This document shows positions 44,070-55,741 of a stretch of 64,000 nt of DNA, piece after piece. The stretch comes from a virus (taxonomy: Duplodnaviria > Heunggongvirae > Uroviricota > Caudoviricetes): the IMG/VR virus record IMGVR_UViG_3300026122_000001. One strand, given 5' to 3'. Every line of letters starts with the position of its first letter. Position 1 is the stretch's first letter. Both the position numbers and the translations under genes were made by a program. The notes beneath the pieces are model-generated. The model had not been told where the DNA came from. It did not search any database and worked only from the letters and a program-made list of their open reading frames with translations.

Positions 44070-46936
44070 TCATCCTCCCCAGCTTGGAGGAAGCAGGTTT
44101 GGCAGCCCCACTTCTCGCCCTCTTTGTCGTACTTGAAGTCATACTGTTTGTTGGGCGTTTTCTCGTCATCGGGGTCTTCGCCAGATACATGGGCCTCATC
44201 AGCGATACAGACCCGGAGTTCACCTTCGCTATTGTCACCACCGGGCCCGCCGTCATCCTCAACAAGAACCACCATTTGATCCAGGGTGCCATAGTCAGAC
44301 TCGCTGGTCTTTTCGGTATGCCGGATTTTGGTTTGATCGATGTAGATGACATTGTAGCTTAAAGAAGGCATTTGAATGAACGGATCATCAACATTATTGA
44401 TGCCAGTCATAGCAAGCCATAACGCAGGCTGTTCGGAAGATTCCACATTAGCGTGTGTGGTATCAACAAACACCGGGCGGGGCGTGAAGTCCACGTCCGA
44501 TGGGTGCGGATCACCACGATCGCTTTGTGGACCCATGCCTTGGTTGGGTCCGCCCATGTAAATCACTCCCTCACCAGTCAGGGTATCATAGACACCAATC
44601 GGAAGGTCACCGGTGGCATTGGCTCCGATGTTATCCCCACCGGCAAGCCCCAGGTCGATTTCCGACTGGGTGGGAAAATCCCATTCGGCTGGCACAGTGG
44701 CTGGCCAGGCAAAATCGTAGGCCTCCATTTCACCAGACTTCACTGGTAACCAGCATTCCATCGTCATGGACTGATTATCGGTGTCAAGATCAGCCACCTC
44801 CAAGATACCCTTTACCGGGCCGTTCGCCACATAGGGTTTATCAAAGTCCAGTGTTATGGCGTCAAAGGCCTCAAGATTGATTTTCTGAAGAAATGTATCG
44901 AACTTCAGACGCTTCCAAGTATTTGATTTTCGTATCAACCAGAAGGTTGCCACCTTGTGGATGATGTCAGGTTGGTTGTAGATATAGTATTCGTACTCCT
45001 CCTCTTGGATACCATATTTGCGAACATTGTGTCTCAAGATGAGTTTGTTCAACTCTTTCTGGGCATAGCTCACGCGCCAAGTTGCCGTGTATTTTGTGAC
45101 GACATTCTCTGTGGATGTCAGTTCCATGACAATCGTGTTGTGATCGATATCCGTCTCTGTGATTGTATCCACGGCTGCTGGTTCCTCAGCCAGGTATCGG
45201 ATATAGAATATGCCATCAATCAATCGCAGACTACAACGAGCTTGGAACGCAATCTCGTTTAGCACGGCTACGATATTCTTTCGTTCCAGCAACGCAAAGT
45301 TGGCCGGGAAGATTTCCAGTTTGGCTTGCACCTCATCAAAGCTGACAAGGTCATAAGTCATCTCAGAGTATGTGTCAATGAGGTACTTGAGGATGTCACA
45401 AATGTTGGGCCCAACGTCAGACTGGAACGTAACATAGAGGTCGTCATCCCATTCCTGATCGGTGATGGTGCTCAGCGCTTTATTGACGACCACTTGCACG
45501 GTACTAATTGTACCATACGTGATTTCGCGAACTTCATACAGGTCAGTGGGGACATGCGTCAAGACACTCAGCCCATGAAAATTTTTGAAGGCCTTTACCT
45601 GGAGAACAGTTCCGGGTACAATACTGACAATGTACGTGATTGGTTCATCGCCACCGATGCTGACTTGTGAGCCAGAGTTGGCCCAAAAGTGTTTGAGGAC
45701 ATCATTTTTTGGTGGGTTCGGCTCGGGGTTGGGGCCACGGATAAAAAAGGCTTGGTCACGCCGAACACATTCCCCGTTGATCTTGAAATTCCCTGATGAC
45801 ATACTGCCGACCGGTGCCGATTCGCCACCAGTACATGGTATCTTTGATTGCAGTTTGATATCGGCTGGAACACCAGGGTCCTGTTGACAATATGGGGAGC
45901 CGTTGTCGGTGGCATCTCTAGTAGCCGCCTCTTCGTCAGGCGGGTGACTGCGGCTGGAGATATGGAACATATCCTCTTCACCGACGGCGGTACTGAAACT
46001 ACCAGTGAAATAAGCCCCGCCGATTACCAACGTGATACCACCACGGGGAAAGTCTTCACCACCAAGTATTCGCACAGGGTTGCAACCAATCCCTTGTGCC
46101 AGGGCAGCATCCACCGTAGCTTGACGTTGGGCAATGGCACATTGCTTGGCCCGTAAGTATTGATCCCAGGCTTTCGTAGCCTGTTCGTTAGCAGCATCGG
46201 CCTTATCGTAATGATCTTTTGCGACATCATTATCGTGACCCTGCCATTGGGCCGCGACATTCCAATGATGAGCCGCCGTCATATGGGCCAACATGGTATT
46301 GGGTGGTTTGGCCCCATACGGAGCATTGAGATGTTCTGAAACGCCACTAAGAATCCCAACAGGGCATAGCGTGGTACCCGTCACTGCTTTGTTGCATTGA
46401 ACCGCCGGGACATCGATTCCGGTGCCGAAGATAGACGGCCACACCCGACCAACCATATCTCTTGGGATAAATGGGAACTGGCCTTCCTCGGGTGAGAAGC
46501 CCGCTTCCTTGTCTTCAATTTGGGTCACCACGCTGAACGATACTGTCTGGTCGCCTTCGACCCAGGACACGGGAGAACTGATCTTACCACGGAAGAGCAG
46601 GAATTTGTCATCCAGAGGCATACCTTCAAACCAATGGTATACCCACACGTCGCGCTTGTGGATATCAAATTGGTCCATGATAGCTTTGATGCTACCATCG
46701 GTGTCGTCCAATTTGATATCCATTTCCGCAGTGTCTTCGTTTTGGTCAATGCTGATGACATTGTCCAGTGCGCTAACTTCCACGATCTTACCTGGGATGT
46801 TACCAACATCACGATCAGCATACGAAGCTCTGGTCGTGCTGGCTTCAAGATTCCATTCGATCTCGATTATTACGATGGGCTCGGTTCCGAGACGTGTTTG
46901 CATCGCGGCGATGGCAGTGGCTGACAAGTTTCTCAT
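44066..46936 (-). CDS. large putative virion structural protein (tail/baseplate-associated?)
   Basis: 956-aa ORF directly upstream of the giant fibre-like genes and overlapping its neighbours; no diagnostic motif. Confidence 0.4.
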   Translation of the reverse strand: MRNLSATAIAAMQTRLGTEPIVIIEIEWNLEASTTRASYADRDVGNIPGKIVEVSALDNVISIDQNEDTAEMDIKLDDTDGSIKAIMDQFDIHKRDVWVYHWFEGMPLDDKFLLFRGKISSPVSWVEGDQTVSFSVVTQIEDKEAGFSPEEGQFPFIPRDMVGRVWPSIFGTGIDVPAVQCNKAVTGTTLCPVGILSGVSEHLNAPYGAKPPNTMLAHMTAAHHWNVAAQWQGHDNDVAKDHYDKADAANEQATKAWDQYLRAKQCAIAQRQATVDAALAQGIGCNPVRILGGEDFPRGGITLVIGGAYFTGSFSTAVGEEDMFHISSRSHPPDEEAATRDATDNGSPYCQQDPGVPADIKLQSKIPCTGGESAPVGSMSSGNFKINGECVRRDQAFFIRGPNPEPNPPKNDVLKHFWANSGSQVSIGGDEPITYIVSIVPGTVLQVKAFKNFHGLSVLTHVPTDLYEVREITYGTISTVQVVVNKALSTITDQEWDDDLYVTFQSDVGPNICDILKYLIDTYSEMTYDLVSFDEVQAKLEIFPANFALLERKNIVAVLNEIAFQARCSLRLIDGIFYIRYLAEEPAAVDTITETDIDHNTIVMELTSTENVVTKYTATWRVSYAQKELNKLILRHNVRKYGIQEEEYEYYIYNQPDIIHKVATFWLIRKSNTWKRLKFDTFLQKINLEAFDAITLDFDKPYVANGPVKGILEVADLDTDNQSMTMECWLPVKSGEMEAYDFAWPATVPAEWDFPTQSEIDLGLAGGDNIGANATGDLPIGVYDTLTGEGVIYMGGPNQGMGPQSDRGDPHPSDVDFTPRPVFVDTTHANVESSEQPALWLAMTGINNVDDPFIQMPSLSYNVIYIDQTKIRHTEKTSESDYGTLDQMVVLVEDDGGPGGDNSEGELRVCIADEAHVSGEDPDDEKTPNKQYDFKYDKEGEKWGCQTCFLQAGEDD

Positions 46937-47319
46937 TGTAGAATTCCCTCAAACTCAAGTTGTATGGTTTGACGCTCTTGCCCTGGGCAGTTCCCCGATC
47001 GATTGGGGGTGCTAAACTCAAACGGATCATTTACAAAATTGCCCACCCAGACACGATCAAGGTGGTCAGTGAGCCGAATGGTTGAGGCATAATAGGATGT
47101 GATGAATGCCCTCAATTCCAACGCTTTCATACGAGACAGAACCAGCGAGAACACAAGTCGACGCCGCCGGTTTTTCGTTTTGATATACGTGTAAAGTGTC
47201 CCGTCCATGGCACGCTTGGTGGCGACCTCATCTGTCAGTTCTTCACTGTCCCCTAGTTGGGGGTTAGGCAGGAAAGACGTGGTTTGAATACCAGGATATG
47301 GGGCTTCAAGTGTCAGCAC
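46933..47319 (-). CDS. hypothetical protein (possible structural)
   Basis: 128-aa ORF; 4-nt overlap with the 956-aa gene. Confidence 0.4.
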   Translation of the reverse strand: MLTLEAPYPGIQTTSFLPNPQLGDSEELTDEVATKRAMDGTLYTYIKTKNRRRRLVFSLVLSRMKALELRAFITSYYASTIRLTDHLDRVWVGNFVNDPFEFSTPNRSGNCPGQERQTIQLEFEGILQ

Positions 47320-47431
47320 GGGGCATCTCCTATCTGTATAATCGTTGCAATCCGGAGAATCATACTACATCTTACACTAGATGGAGTTGTGTGTCAAGGA
47401 CAAAACATACCGATTTCGATGGTTTTCTAAA

Positions 47432-50400
47432 TTATCTCACGGGGACCCTCGGAAAGTTCATCGCCGCATTGATTTGCTCGATAGTCATGGCCCGATCATA
47501 GATGCGATAATCCTGACAGTACCCATCAGAACTCTGCGAAGACGGGGACAAGAGACTGATCTGTAGATTCGTGGTGGTTGGGCTGAAGTCAACATAGTTA
47601 TCAGCATGCGTTTGCGTGACTTGAGCAACACCATCAATGTACCAGACCATGGTCAACCCCTTGCGAGTGATTGCATAATGATGCCATTCGCTATCTGTAG
47701 CTTCCCAGTGATTGAAGGACGAAGTCACAGAGACACCACCGTTGGTGGACTTTTGGCAATACAGATAGACATTGTTGTTGTAGAGCATACAGTAGATGCT
47801 ACTGTTGTTCCCGTTGTAGTTGCTCATAAAGTGGTTTGCAGTTGCCGCGCCAGGATCGTTCGATTTCCACCACCATGAGATTGTGAAATCCACATTCTCG
47901 GCTAGGTATGCCTTAGTTGCAGCGTCTGTGAGATAGATGCAACCATGGCCAGCCACATCAAAGTCCAAAGCTTGGGCCCCATGAACACCAGCAACGGTGT
48001 TGTCCTCGGTGTTTGGAGTAGTCTCATGCTGGACAGTTTGGTGCTCAGCATTCGCAGAATAATCAGTCACAACATTGCTAGCGGCATCGTCGTCCATCTT
48101 CAACCAAAGCACTGGGTCCTTCATCGGGATATCCAGACCGTGGATGATTGCAAGGCTTCTCGCCTGCACGGTACCAGCCGCCAGATAAATCTCTTCAAAG
48201 TCAGTGCCATCTGATCGCATACGGTAAACATTGCCACCAACGTTATTGCCCCAGTAGATGAAGTCATCTCGTGGGTTGTACACCATGCCACCAGCAGCGG
48301 GGCCGTTTGTTCCCATTGTTCTTAGCAGTACGATATTTGATCCATCTTCGTCGGCCCGCTTGATCTTACCATCTGAGTAACAACCCCAAAAGATATGACC
48401 CTTGTTGTCACCGGTTATTGATATCGGATAATTCCCGACATTGGTAAGACCGGACAGCCAATTTTCTGAATTGCCGCCATCACAGTCGGCCTTACGAATG
48501 TAGTCGTCGCTTCCGCACCAGTAAATCTTACCCTTAGTACCTTCGTTTTCCTGACACCACATACCACGGGTCGCTGTACCCGTATAGCCAGACGGAAGGA
48601 TATTTACAGGTGTGCCGCCTGTGAATGGCATCTTCCAGATACCATACGTATGCGAATAGAAGTAGAGTTCCTCACGGGTTTGACTGATACATAAGGCCCG
48701 AACAGTAGACGCATCGTCGTGCATCAGCACTGGCGTTGTGAGCATCTCTGGATCGCCTGAACGAATTTGCCCCAGTGAATAGTCAGCCCAGAACAACATA
48801 CGTGAAGTGTTGGCGTATGCCGACTCGTTGAGAATTTGGGCCGCAACTTGGCCGGTCAGTATTCGCAGGTTCTCACCCTTGGTATCGATATTGTGCATGT
48901 TGTGCAAACCATCAGCAAAGATCATCAGCTTGCTCGTGCCATCACCACGGGTCGGCAGATGTTTGTGACAGATCGTCACGCCATCAATGTCACCACCAGA
49001 AGGTGACCACAGGGCTGTGATGCCCGTGCCACCGGTTGCTGGCCCAATAACTCGTCCATAGACAGTACCCGAGTAAGCCAGATACATGGTATCGTTATCT
49101 GGGCTATACGTGATGTTTTTGTCAGAGCCACCGGTGCCGAACTGCCCGGCTGCGCCGGTATCATATCCCATGACTTGGTATATGTTGGACTGATTGGTCC
49201 AGATGACTCGGCGGTTCACGTTGTCAATACACATATGCCATGGGGTGGCGGTTGCAAGTCGTGTTGTGACGCTGGAGCCATCATAGTTGCAGTACAGGAT
49301 TTTCCCGGTGTTTCTGGAGGTCCAGTAGACCCGCTGTGATTCTCTTTCACAATCCAGAGCGTAATAGTTGGAATCAGCGGCCCCTGAGGTTCGGATAGTT
49401 CGTCGGTCTGTACCGTCGAGATTGGAACGAAACATCGCAGGACCGTCGTCCGTGAAGAACAAGAAGCCCGCAACTGGGTCTATGGCCATCCGGTAGATAT
49501 AGGGTCCAAGTACCCGGTTATCTATCACCACCTCTGGTCGTGAGCCATTTAGATTGCTGCGCTTGATACAACGATCGGCCCAGTCAACCCAGTATATCTT
49601 GCCATTGACATCATCACATTTTAAGGAAGAGACAGCAGTCACTCTACCCTCCATCAACTTTGTGTCGGCCGTGAAGTCAAGGTCGATTCTGCGGATTGAC
49701 TTCGAGGTGCCCACATCAGCAACATAAAGTTTTCCGTCAGTGTCATCGGGGCAGTTACCAGGAGCACCACCAACGGGATCGCCGTCCCAGGTCCCGACAC
49801 CCAAGTAGTTTTCACTACTATCTGATTTGTCGACTACGATCTGTAAGTCAGTACCAGTGAGAGGTTTGATTTTCCAGACGTATCCGTCACCGTTGGCGAA
49901 GTACAGATACTCATCGTTGTGGTTATATTCCAAGCCCGTTGCATACGAACTCGCAGACCAGACAACACCAAGGCTGCCACCAGCCGTGGTGCCTCGGCGT
50001 ATTCGGCTCCCTCCGGTGTCGTCTTCTGTCCAGAACAACCAACCGTTGATATAATCAATTGTGAGTCGGCGGGGGTTGTTAGTAGAAGCCAGCGTATGGA
50101 CTGCTGTTTTGCTGGTCCCATCAAAGTTCATTGAATAGATGATGTCGACGCCCTTCTCAGAAACATAGAGCTTCTTCGCGATCGGATCGACTGCCAGCCC
50201 TGAACACTGCGAGGAGGAGCCCATACTGACTTGGTTAGAGCCATCAAGGTTGCATCTTTGCAACGTGCCAGCATCATATTCGGACCACCAGACATACCCA
50301 TGCTCTGCGCACACCGCCATAGCAAACGGACGACCGAGCCCAGTCTTGATACGCTCATAGAACAAACCGTCTCTGGACATTCGGGACATCCAGCCGTGGG

Positions 50401-53400
50401 TGACGCTGCTGGTCCAGTAGATCATCTCCCCAGACTGCTGTGTGGATATCTGTTCAACAGAATCCTCCTGGGTGTAATTGAGCAGCCTGTATTCCGAGCC
50501 ATCCGTATTGCAGACATAAATCCCGGCATCATAAGACGCCGCCCCAGAGTTCAGCATGATGATCTGTGACTTATCAAAGTTGACCCCGATGTTCCCAGTC
50601 CGGTCATCACAGATCGGTCGGGCAACTGGGTTGGAACCCCAGGCTTTGAAGTAGGTGCCCTCGACTGTGAATTCACCGTTGTCGGCCACACCATTATACC
50701 AGTCGGGAATCATGGTAAGATCACCATGGTCATAGCCACGGACGACGCCATTCACCACGGTGGCAGCAACGCCTTGCAGGTCAGTGACGGTGTCACTTGT
50801 GTAGTTCACGTCACCGATCAGAATGTCAGTTGCCCGGGCCTCGAAAGCAATAGCTGTTTCGTTGTTCCACACATACCATTGGCCACCACTGTAGTGTACC
50901 GCCACTGTGTGCTCGCTCCAGCTTGTTGGATACGATGCATATGCGAAGCGGGTGCCAGCGTCTTCCTCAGTGTACATAATCCACCCGGTTCCAGACCAGG
51001 AGTCAGGTCCACCAAAACCGGGCCCTGTGTCCCCAAGGAACTTGTACCGCGAAGCATCACAGAAGCCTACGCCTGCTGTGTAGAAGTCTCCTGAGGTAAA
51101 TGTGTTCAGGTACCAGGGGCTTTGCGCAGCACACCACATATCGGGGCTTGAGCCGCCTTGATAGAAGGTGTCACAGTTGATGGTGCAATCGTCCATCTCG
51201 TCTAGGGCTTGAGCATTGGTATTCACCAGAGACACGTTGCCCGGGCTATCAATGGTTTGGCCATTCATATCAAGATCGCCATGTCGCCCATAGAAATTTG
51301 CGGGTTGGACCCCGCCACTTAGGACAATATCGTTGGCGTCTTCGACAAAGATACAGCCTTCATTGATGGTCGTGCGATTCTCGAACCACTCTGTGTCGCT
51401 GTCTAACGGCAACAGCCATCGCATGCTGGACTTGTGGTAATGTTTGGGACTCGCACCTTGGGCTAGCGGGCCTGGCAGCACCGCAGAATCCCATTTGCCC
51501 CAGTCTTTCATGTGGCCCACGAACTTGTACCCGTCCGGCAAATAGTCAGCGTAGTTGCCCAAAGTCGCATTGTCATTGGGGTCGGCTTCTAACACAGACC
51601 CACAGGCTGCGGTTGCATCGAGTTCCCCATCGATATACAATTCGACATTGTTGTTGTAACGTCGCAGCCAAATATGCCGCCACCTGTCACATTGGCCAAT
51701 GAGTGTTGTGACGCTAGCGAAGTTGATACCAACCCCGTTAGAACCCTCGTACCCAAATCGTACCTTGCCAGGGTAGATGGCATGATCCGCGTTGTATAAA
51801 AGAATTGTCACGGACGGAGTTGACAACCAGGTGTTACCACCCACGGCTGTGGCAAAAAGCACCTCATAGCTACCGCCGGGAACCCCCGTCGCGGGCCGAA
51901 TCCAGCCACCCAAAGCCCATTCGGCATCAGCCGACCCACCAGCAAACGGCGTGGCATTGTTCATATGGAACTCGCCTGTCCCGTCAAAGTAGTAGCAAGG
52001 CCAGGTGCCTTGGCTCAGCGTATCGATTTCCAAATCACAGAAATCAACATCCCCTGGGGTGGCCCCCGTGCTGAGATCGATGTGACCGGTGCCACGGGTC
52101 CAGACAAACTCACCGGTGCCGCTTATGGCATCAATGACATCATCACTGATGTCCCAACGAACATCACGGCCCGAACAATCAACTGTCACGTCGGATGTAG
52201 AACCACCGGTGATGGCGATAGCCAGATCAACCGCAGCAATCGTAACCGGTGTGTATGTGGAACAGTCAATTGTTAGGTCCCCACCGGTGCCTTGCCCACG
52301 GAATGCAAGTTGGCCACCGAAGGCATAATCACCAGCCCGGAAGGCAAAGTTGGCAGTGCCGGAGTCAACACGAGCAGTGAAGGTGCCAGTTTCGTAGGTT
52401 CCCGGTGTGAACACGGCTGAGGCCGCTGGGTTGATTGCAAACATGGCAGCAATGGAGGCCGTGCCAGCAATATCTTCAACGCCTGCCCCGCCCGTGGAGC
52501 CATTGAAGTAGATGTAACCATCTCCACTGAGAGTACCACCAGATTCGAGCGCGAGCTTGGCACCGCTCCCCATCTGGATGGTAGTCCCCGAGTCCACAAC
52601 CATTTCGCAGCCATCATCGATTTCCAACCGACCGCTGATATTGAGATCGCCCGAGGTGAGCGTGTAACCACCATCAAAGGTGCTGTAGACATTGAAACAC
52701 CGGAGTTCCGTGATGTCGCTACCGGCTGCGCGGGCTGCCCAAGTCTGTGGTGATCGTGGTCGGATAGAGCAGGTGATGTTTTGTGTCCCAGTATGTGCAG
52801 TGTCATCCCAGTCTTGCGGGTAAATGATGGCATTGGTCATTGCTACTGCACCGCTGCCAGCCAATGTGATAGTTGGACCCCACAGGTTCCCACCCGTAAT
52901 CGTCAGGTCACCGGCTATCAGACTGATGCTACCACACGCATCGGAGTCGGGAGTCGTCATTGTGAGACCATACCCACCAGTTTTGTTACTGATAATATGC
53001 TCGTAAGTCCCAGACATCTGGAAGAGGCTGTCTTGGGTGCCACCAAGGAACGAGATCGTACCCGTGCCTGAATCCCACAGGCTGTTACCACTAGAGTTGT
53101 CTGTGTACGTCAGGTCTCCATAGAACTGGTAGTTGGGGTTGTTTGTGTCACCCTCGATATAGATGGCATTCATGCCCGTTCCGTAGGTATGGAAAAGCAG
53201 GTTGTTGAAGACATACGTCCCTGCTGACGGGGTCCAGGTCCCAACTTCGGCACCGGAGTAGATATTACGGACTTGAACCGAACCTGTGATGTTTGAGTAG
53301 TCGCCCGCAACCAACACTGGGGTAGTTGACCCCGATACCAAATCCATGAGCAAATCACCACATGAGATCGTACCATCCAGAAGCACGAGGCCATGCCCGT

Positions 53401-55729
53401 TGTTTGGACGATAGATTTGCAGGTACCCACCCCCATTCAACACACCGGTGGAATAGATGTACGTGTCTGTATCATAATACGTGAGGATACGGTAAGCCAA
53501 GGTGAGTGTACCATAGATTTTGAGGTCACCGCCGTCGACACGCATGTATGATCCAGCCGTCTCGACGGTATAACTGGCCCCGGTGTCAACCGTGACTGCA
53601 TAGAAGTATTCTGCGGCACCAACGGGGTCGTTGTTCCAATAGCTTTTTCCGACACCCTTCAGGATGAGAGTCCCTGTGCCTTTATCTACGTTAGCCCCAA
53701 CACGATTGTCGTAGTTACCATACAACGTGAGGTTGGTGGTAGCGTCACCCATGGTCATTGCGGCCGAAGCGTTGTCAAAGGTGAAGTCTCCATAGACGGT
53801 GAGGCTGTCCTGATAGGTGCTCATAATCAGACGTGTAGCATCGATGTTGAGCGTGCCACCAATCGTGGAGTCATTGTAGACGTACATCGCGCGACCGCCC
53901 GTTTTTGCCACCTGCGTGTTTTCAATTTGATGGCCAAATGTGGAGATGAATCCGTGGGCGTTGCTGCCACTGAACGTGATGGTTCCAGAGCCTTTGGTCC
54001 AGGTAATGTTAGAATTCTGAATGTACAGGTATCGCTCGCAGACGAAGTTGGGGTTGTTGACAGAATTGTCAATCACCAAAGAACCGCTGGAAGTTTCATA
54101 GTGATACCAGTTGTGGAACGTATAGGTTCCACCACTGTATCGCATTTCGCAGGCGCTGGCATTTTCGTTTCTAACATAAAACTCGGTGATTGATGAATAG
54201 TCAGCCGGAACTAGCACAGCAGTGGCAACCGGGTAATAATAATAAAGGTGCGTGCAAGTCACGGTGGCTGAAGCTGAATAACTGACAATACCGCCACCGT
54301 TTGCTGGGTAATGGATATAGAAACCCGTGGCACCAGAGATGTTGGCCGTAGCACTGACTGTTGTTTGGCAGTTCCCAAGACACAACAGATAGCCGGTGCA
54401 AATCAACGTGCCATCAATAAGACATGTAGGCGAACCAGTCTGGGCACCACAGCGGCCATAGCTGGCCGGGATCGTGATGGTAGCCGTTGAGGCAATCCAT
54501 AGACTGAAGACATATTTGCTACCAGTGAAGAATGTGCCGGTCCCAATAAGTTTTAGGGCGGCCGTATCACGGTTCACAGTCGAGCAATCAGCGTTGTCGA
54601 ACGATGTCCCAATGGTCCAAGTAGCACTGCCCATACTGAGAGTAGTGAAGTCAAAGATTGCGCTACCGATTGTGGTCACGTTGTAGGTGGCAGCATCAAA
54701 GCTGCCAGCCGTACCAGTGAGGCTGTCAGTTGTCAAATCGTTGGCGAGCGTAACAGTATTGGCCGACTTGTCAAATATGATGTCCTCGACGGCTGGTTCA
54801 ACCGTGCAGGTTTGGTCGGCACCGCCACTGAAGGTGATTGAACCCGAACCTTTGGACCATACCAGCGAACCTGCGCCGGTATTGGTGGCACTGAAATCTC
54901 CCTTGATATCCAGGCTGGCGTTATTGGTGAGCATATTGACGGTGCCCGTGAAAGCCCCGCTGTTGATGACAACAAAATCCATATTGAATGTAGTAGTGCC
55001 CGCCGGAAAAATGATATTGTCGGTGTTTTCTGAAAGCGTGATCTCAATGGTGTCTCCAGCACCGCCATCGCCATAGATAGCCGGTACAAATGTCATGCCT
55101 CGGGGCTGTGAACAAAGGATATCTGCATTCCAGGTGCCGTCCATTTGTTTGACGCCACGGTTACCCCATTTGAAGTTGACATAACCTGTCGTGCTGTTAA
55201 TCACACCAGTAGCACTCACGGATATACCACAGCCAGAATACATCTGTAGGACACGGACATCAACATTCAAGGTTCCGTCCACTAGCACGTTGTCATCAGC
55301 GGCAGTTGCTACTTGAACATACACAGCGTTTGTCAGGGTAATGCTCGCCCCGGCAGCGATCCAGATGTTGTTGTAATAGCACGTAGTTGCCCCGCCATAC
55401 CAGGTCTTGCCAACCCCGGTGAGTTTGATAGTGGAAGTTTCTTTGGTGAACGTGATGCCAGCGAAGTACGGATCAAAGTTGCCAGCAATGGTCCATAGGC
55501 CTGAGCCCATTGTGATTGTGTCTGTGATGTTGAACGTGACATCGCCGTTGATCGTGACATCGTTTGCGCCCGTGGTCCAGTTGCCGTCGGTCAGCACGAG
55601 GCTGGCAGCACCGAAGTCGCTGATGAGTGTGACACCATTGGATGGTTTGTCCACTTCAACACCCACTGCGAATGCGTGGCCTTGGAGGTCGATATTTTGT
55701 GCGGCAGAACCCGTGAATTTGATCGCCAT
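47432..55729 (-). CDS. giant repeat protein (2765 aa): beta-helix-like repeats, YWTD/NHL beta-propellers, two LamG/ConA-like lectin domains; putative tail fibre/adhesin
   Basis: N-terminal Gly/Thr/Asn-rich periodic repeats; LamG-like 'WRHIWLRRYNNNVELYIDGEL'; YWTD-type blades (KLYVADVG, KIYWVDWADRCIKRSNLNGS, RVYWTSRNTGKILYCNYDGSS); C-terminal LamG 'WHHYAITRKGLTMVWYIDGV'. Confidence 0.7.
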   Translation of the reverse strand: MAIKFTGSAAQNIDLQGHAFAVGVEVDKPSNGVTLISDFGAASLVLTDGNWTTGANDVTINGDVTFNITDTITMGSGLWTIAGNFDPYFAGITFTKETSTIKLTGVGKTWYGGATTCYYNNIWIAAGASITLTNAVYVQVATAADDNVLVDGTLNVDVRVLQMYSGCGISVSATGVINSTTGYVNFKWGNRGVKQMDGTWNADILCSQPRGMTFVPAIYGDGGAGDTIEITLSENTDNIIFPAGTTTFNMDFVVINSGAFTGTVNMLTNNASLDIKGDFSATNTGAGSLVWSKGSGSITFSGGADQTCTVEPAVEDIIFDKSANTVTLANDLTTDSLTGTAGSFDAATYNVTTIGSAIFDFTTLSMGSATWTIGTSFDNADCSTVNRDTAALKLIGTGTFFTGSKYVFSLWIASTATITIPASYGRCGAQTGSPTCLIDGTLICTGYLLCLGNCQTTVSATANISGATGFYIHYPANGGGIVSYSASATVTCTHLYYYYPVATAVLVPADYSSITEFYVRNENASACEMRYSGGTYTFHNWYHYETSSGSLVIDNSVNNPNFVCERYLYIQNSNITWTKGSGTITFSGSNAHGFISTFGHQIENTQVAKTGGRAMYVYNDSTIGGTLNIDATRLIMSTYQDSLTVYGDFTFDNASAAMTMGDATTNLTLYGNYDNRVGANVDKGTGTLILKGVGKSYWNNDPVGAAEYFYAVTVDTGASYTVETAGSYMRVDGGDLKIYGTLTLAYRILTYYDTDTYIYSTGVLNGGGYLQIYRPNNGHGLVLLDGTISCGDLLMDLVSGSTTPVLVAGDYSNITGSVQVRNIYSGAEVGTWTPSAGTYVFNNLLFHTYGTGMNAIYIEGDTNNPNYQFYGDLTYTDNSSGNSLWDSGTGTISFLGGTQDSLFQMSGTYEHIISNKTGGYGLTMTTPDSDACGSISLIAGDLTITGGNLWGPTITLAGSGAVAMTNAIIYPQDWDDTAHTGTQNITCSIRPRSPQTWAARAAGSDITELRCFNVYSTFDGGYTLTSGDLNISGRLEIDDGCEMVVDSGTTIQMGSGAKLALESGGTLSGDGYIYFNGSTGGAGVEDIAGTASIAAMFAINPAASAVFTPGTYETGTFTARVDSGTANFAFRAGDYAFGGQLAFRGQGTGGDLTIDCSTYTPVTIAAVDLAIAITGGSTSDVTVDCSGRDVRWDISDDVIDAISGTGEFVWTRGTGHIDLSTGATPGDVDFCDLEIDTLSQGTWPCYYFDGTGEFHMNNATPFAGGSADAEWALGGWIRPATGVPGGSYEVLFATAVGGNTWLSTPSVTILLYNADHAIYPGKVRFGYEGSNGVGINFASVTTLIGQCDRWRHIWLRRYNNNVELYIDGELDATAACGSVLEADPNDNATLGNYADYLPDGYKFVGHMKDWGKWDSAVLPGPLAQGASPKHYHKSSMRWLLPLDSDTEWFENRTTINEGCIFVEDANDIVLSGGVQPANFYGRHGDLDMNGQTIDSPGNVSLVNTNAQALDEMDDCTINCDTFYQGGSSPDMWCAAQSPWYLNTFTSGDFYTAGVGFCDASRYKFLGDTGPGFGGPDSWSGTGWIMYTEEDAGTRFAYASYPTSWSEHTVAVHYSGGQWYVWNNETAIAFEARATDILIGDVNYTSDTVTDLQGVAATVVNGVVRGYDHGDLTMIPDWYNGVADNGEFTVEGTYFKAWGSNPVARPICDDRTGNIGVNFDKSQIIMLNSGAASYDAGIYVCNTDGSEYRLLNYTQEDSVEQISTQQSGEMIYWTSSVTHGWMSRMSRDGLFYERIKTGLGRPFAMAVCAEHGYVWWSEYDAGTLQRCNLDGSNQVSMGSSSQCSGLAVDPIAKKLYVSEKGVDIIYSMNFDGTSKTAVHTLASTNNPRRLTIDYINGWLFWTEDDTGGSRIRRGTTAGGSLGVVWSASSYATGLEYNHNDEYLYFANGDGYVWKIKPLTGTDLQIVVDKSDSSENYLGVGTWDGDPVGGAPGNCPDDTDGKLYVADVGTSKSIRRIDLDFTADTKLMEGRVTAVSSLKCDDVNGKIYWVDWADRCIKRSNLNGSRPEVVIDNRVLGPYIYRMAIDPVAGFLFFTDDGPAMFRSNLDGTDRRTIRTSGAADSNYYALDCERESQRVYWTSRNTGKILYCNYDGSSVTTRLATATPWHMCIDNVNRRVIWTNQSNIYQVMGYDTGAAGQFGTGGSDKNITYSPDNDTMYLAYSGTVYGRVIGPATGGTGITALWSPSGGDIDGVTICHKHLPTRGDGTSKLMIFADGLHNMHNIDTKGENLRILTGQVAAQILNESAYANTSRMLFWADYSLGQIRSGDPEMLTTPVLMHDDASTVRALCISQTREELYFYSHTYGIWKMPFTGGTPVNILPSGYTGTATRGMWCQENEGTKGKIYWCGSDDYIRKADCDGGNSENWLSGLTNVGNYPISITGDNKGHIFWGCYSDGKIKRADEDGSNIVLLRTMGTNGPAAGGMVYNPRDDFIYWGNNVGGNVYRMRSDGTDFEEIYLAAGTVQARSLAIIHGLDIPMKDPVLWLKMDDDAASNVVTDYSANAEHQTVQHETTPNTEDNTVAGVHGAQALDFDVAGHGCIYLTDAATKAYLAENVDFTISWWWKSNDPGAATANHFMSNYNGNNSSIYCMLYNNNVYLYCQKSTNGGVSVTSSFNHWEATDSEWHHYAITRKGLTMVWYIDGVAQVTQTHADNYVDFSPTTTNLQISLLSPSSQSSDGYCQDYRIYDRAMTIEQINAAMNFPRVPVR

Positions 55730-55741
55730 AATCCTTCTCCC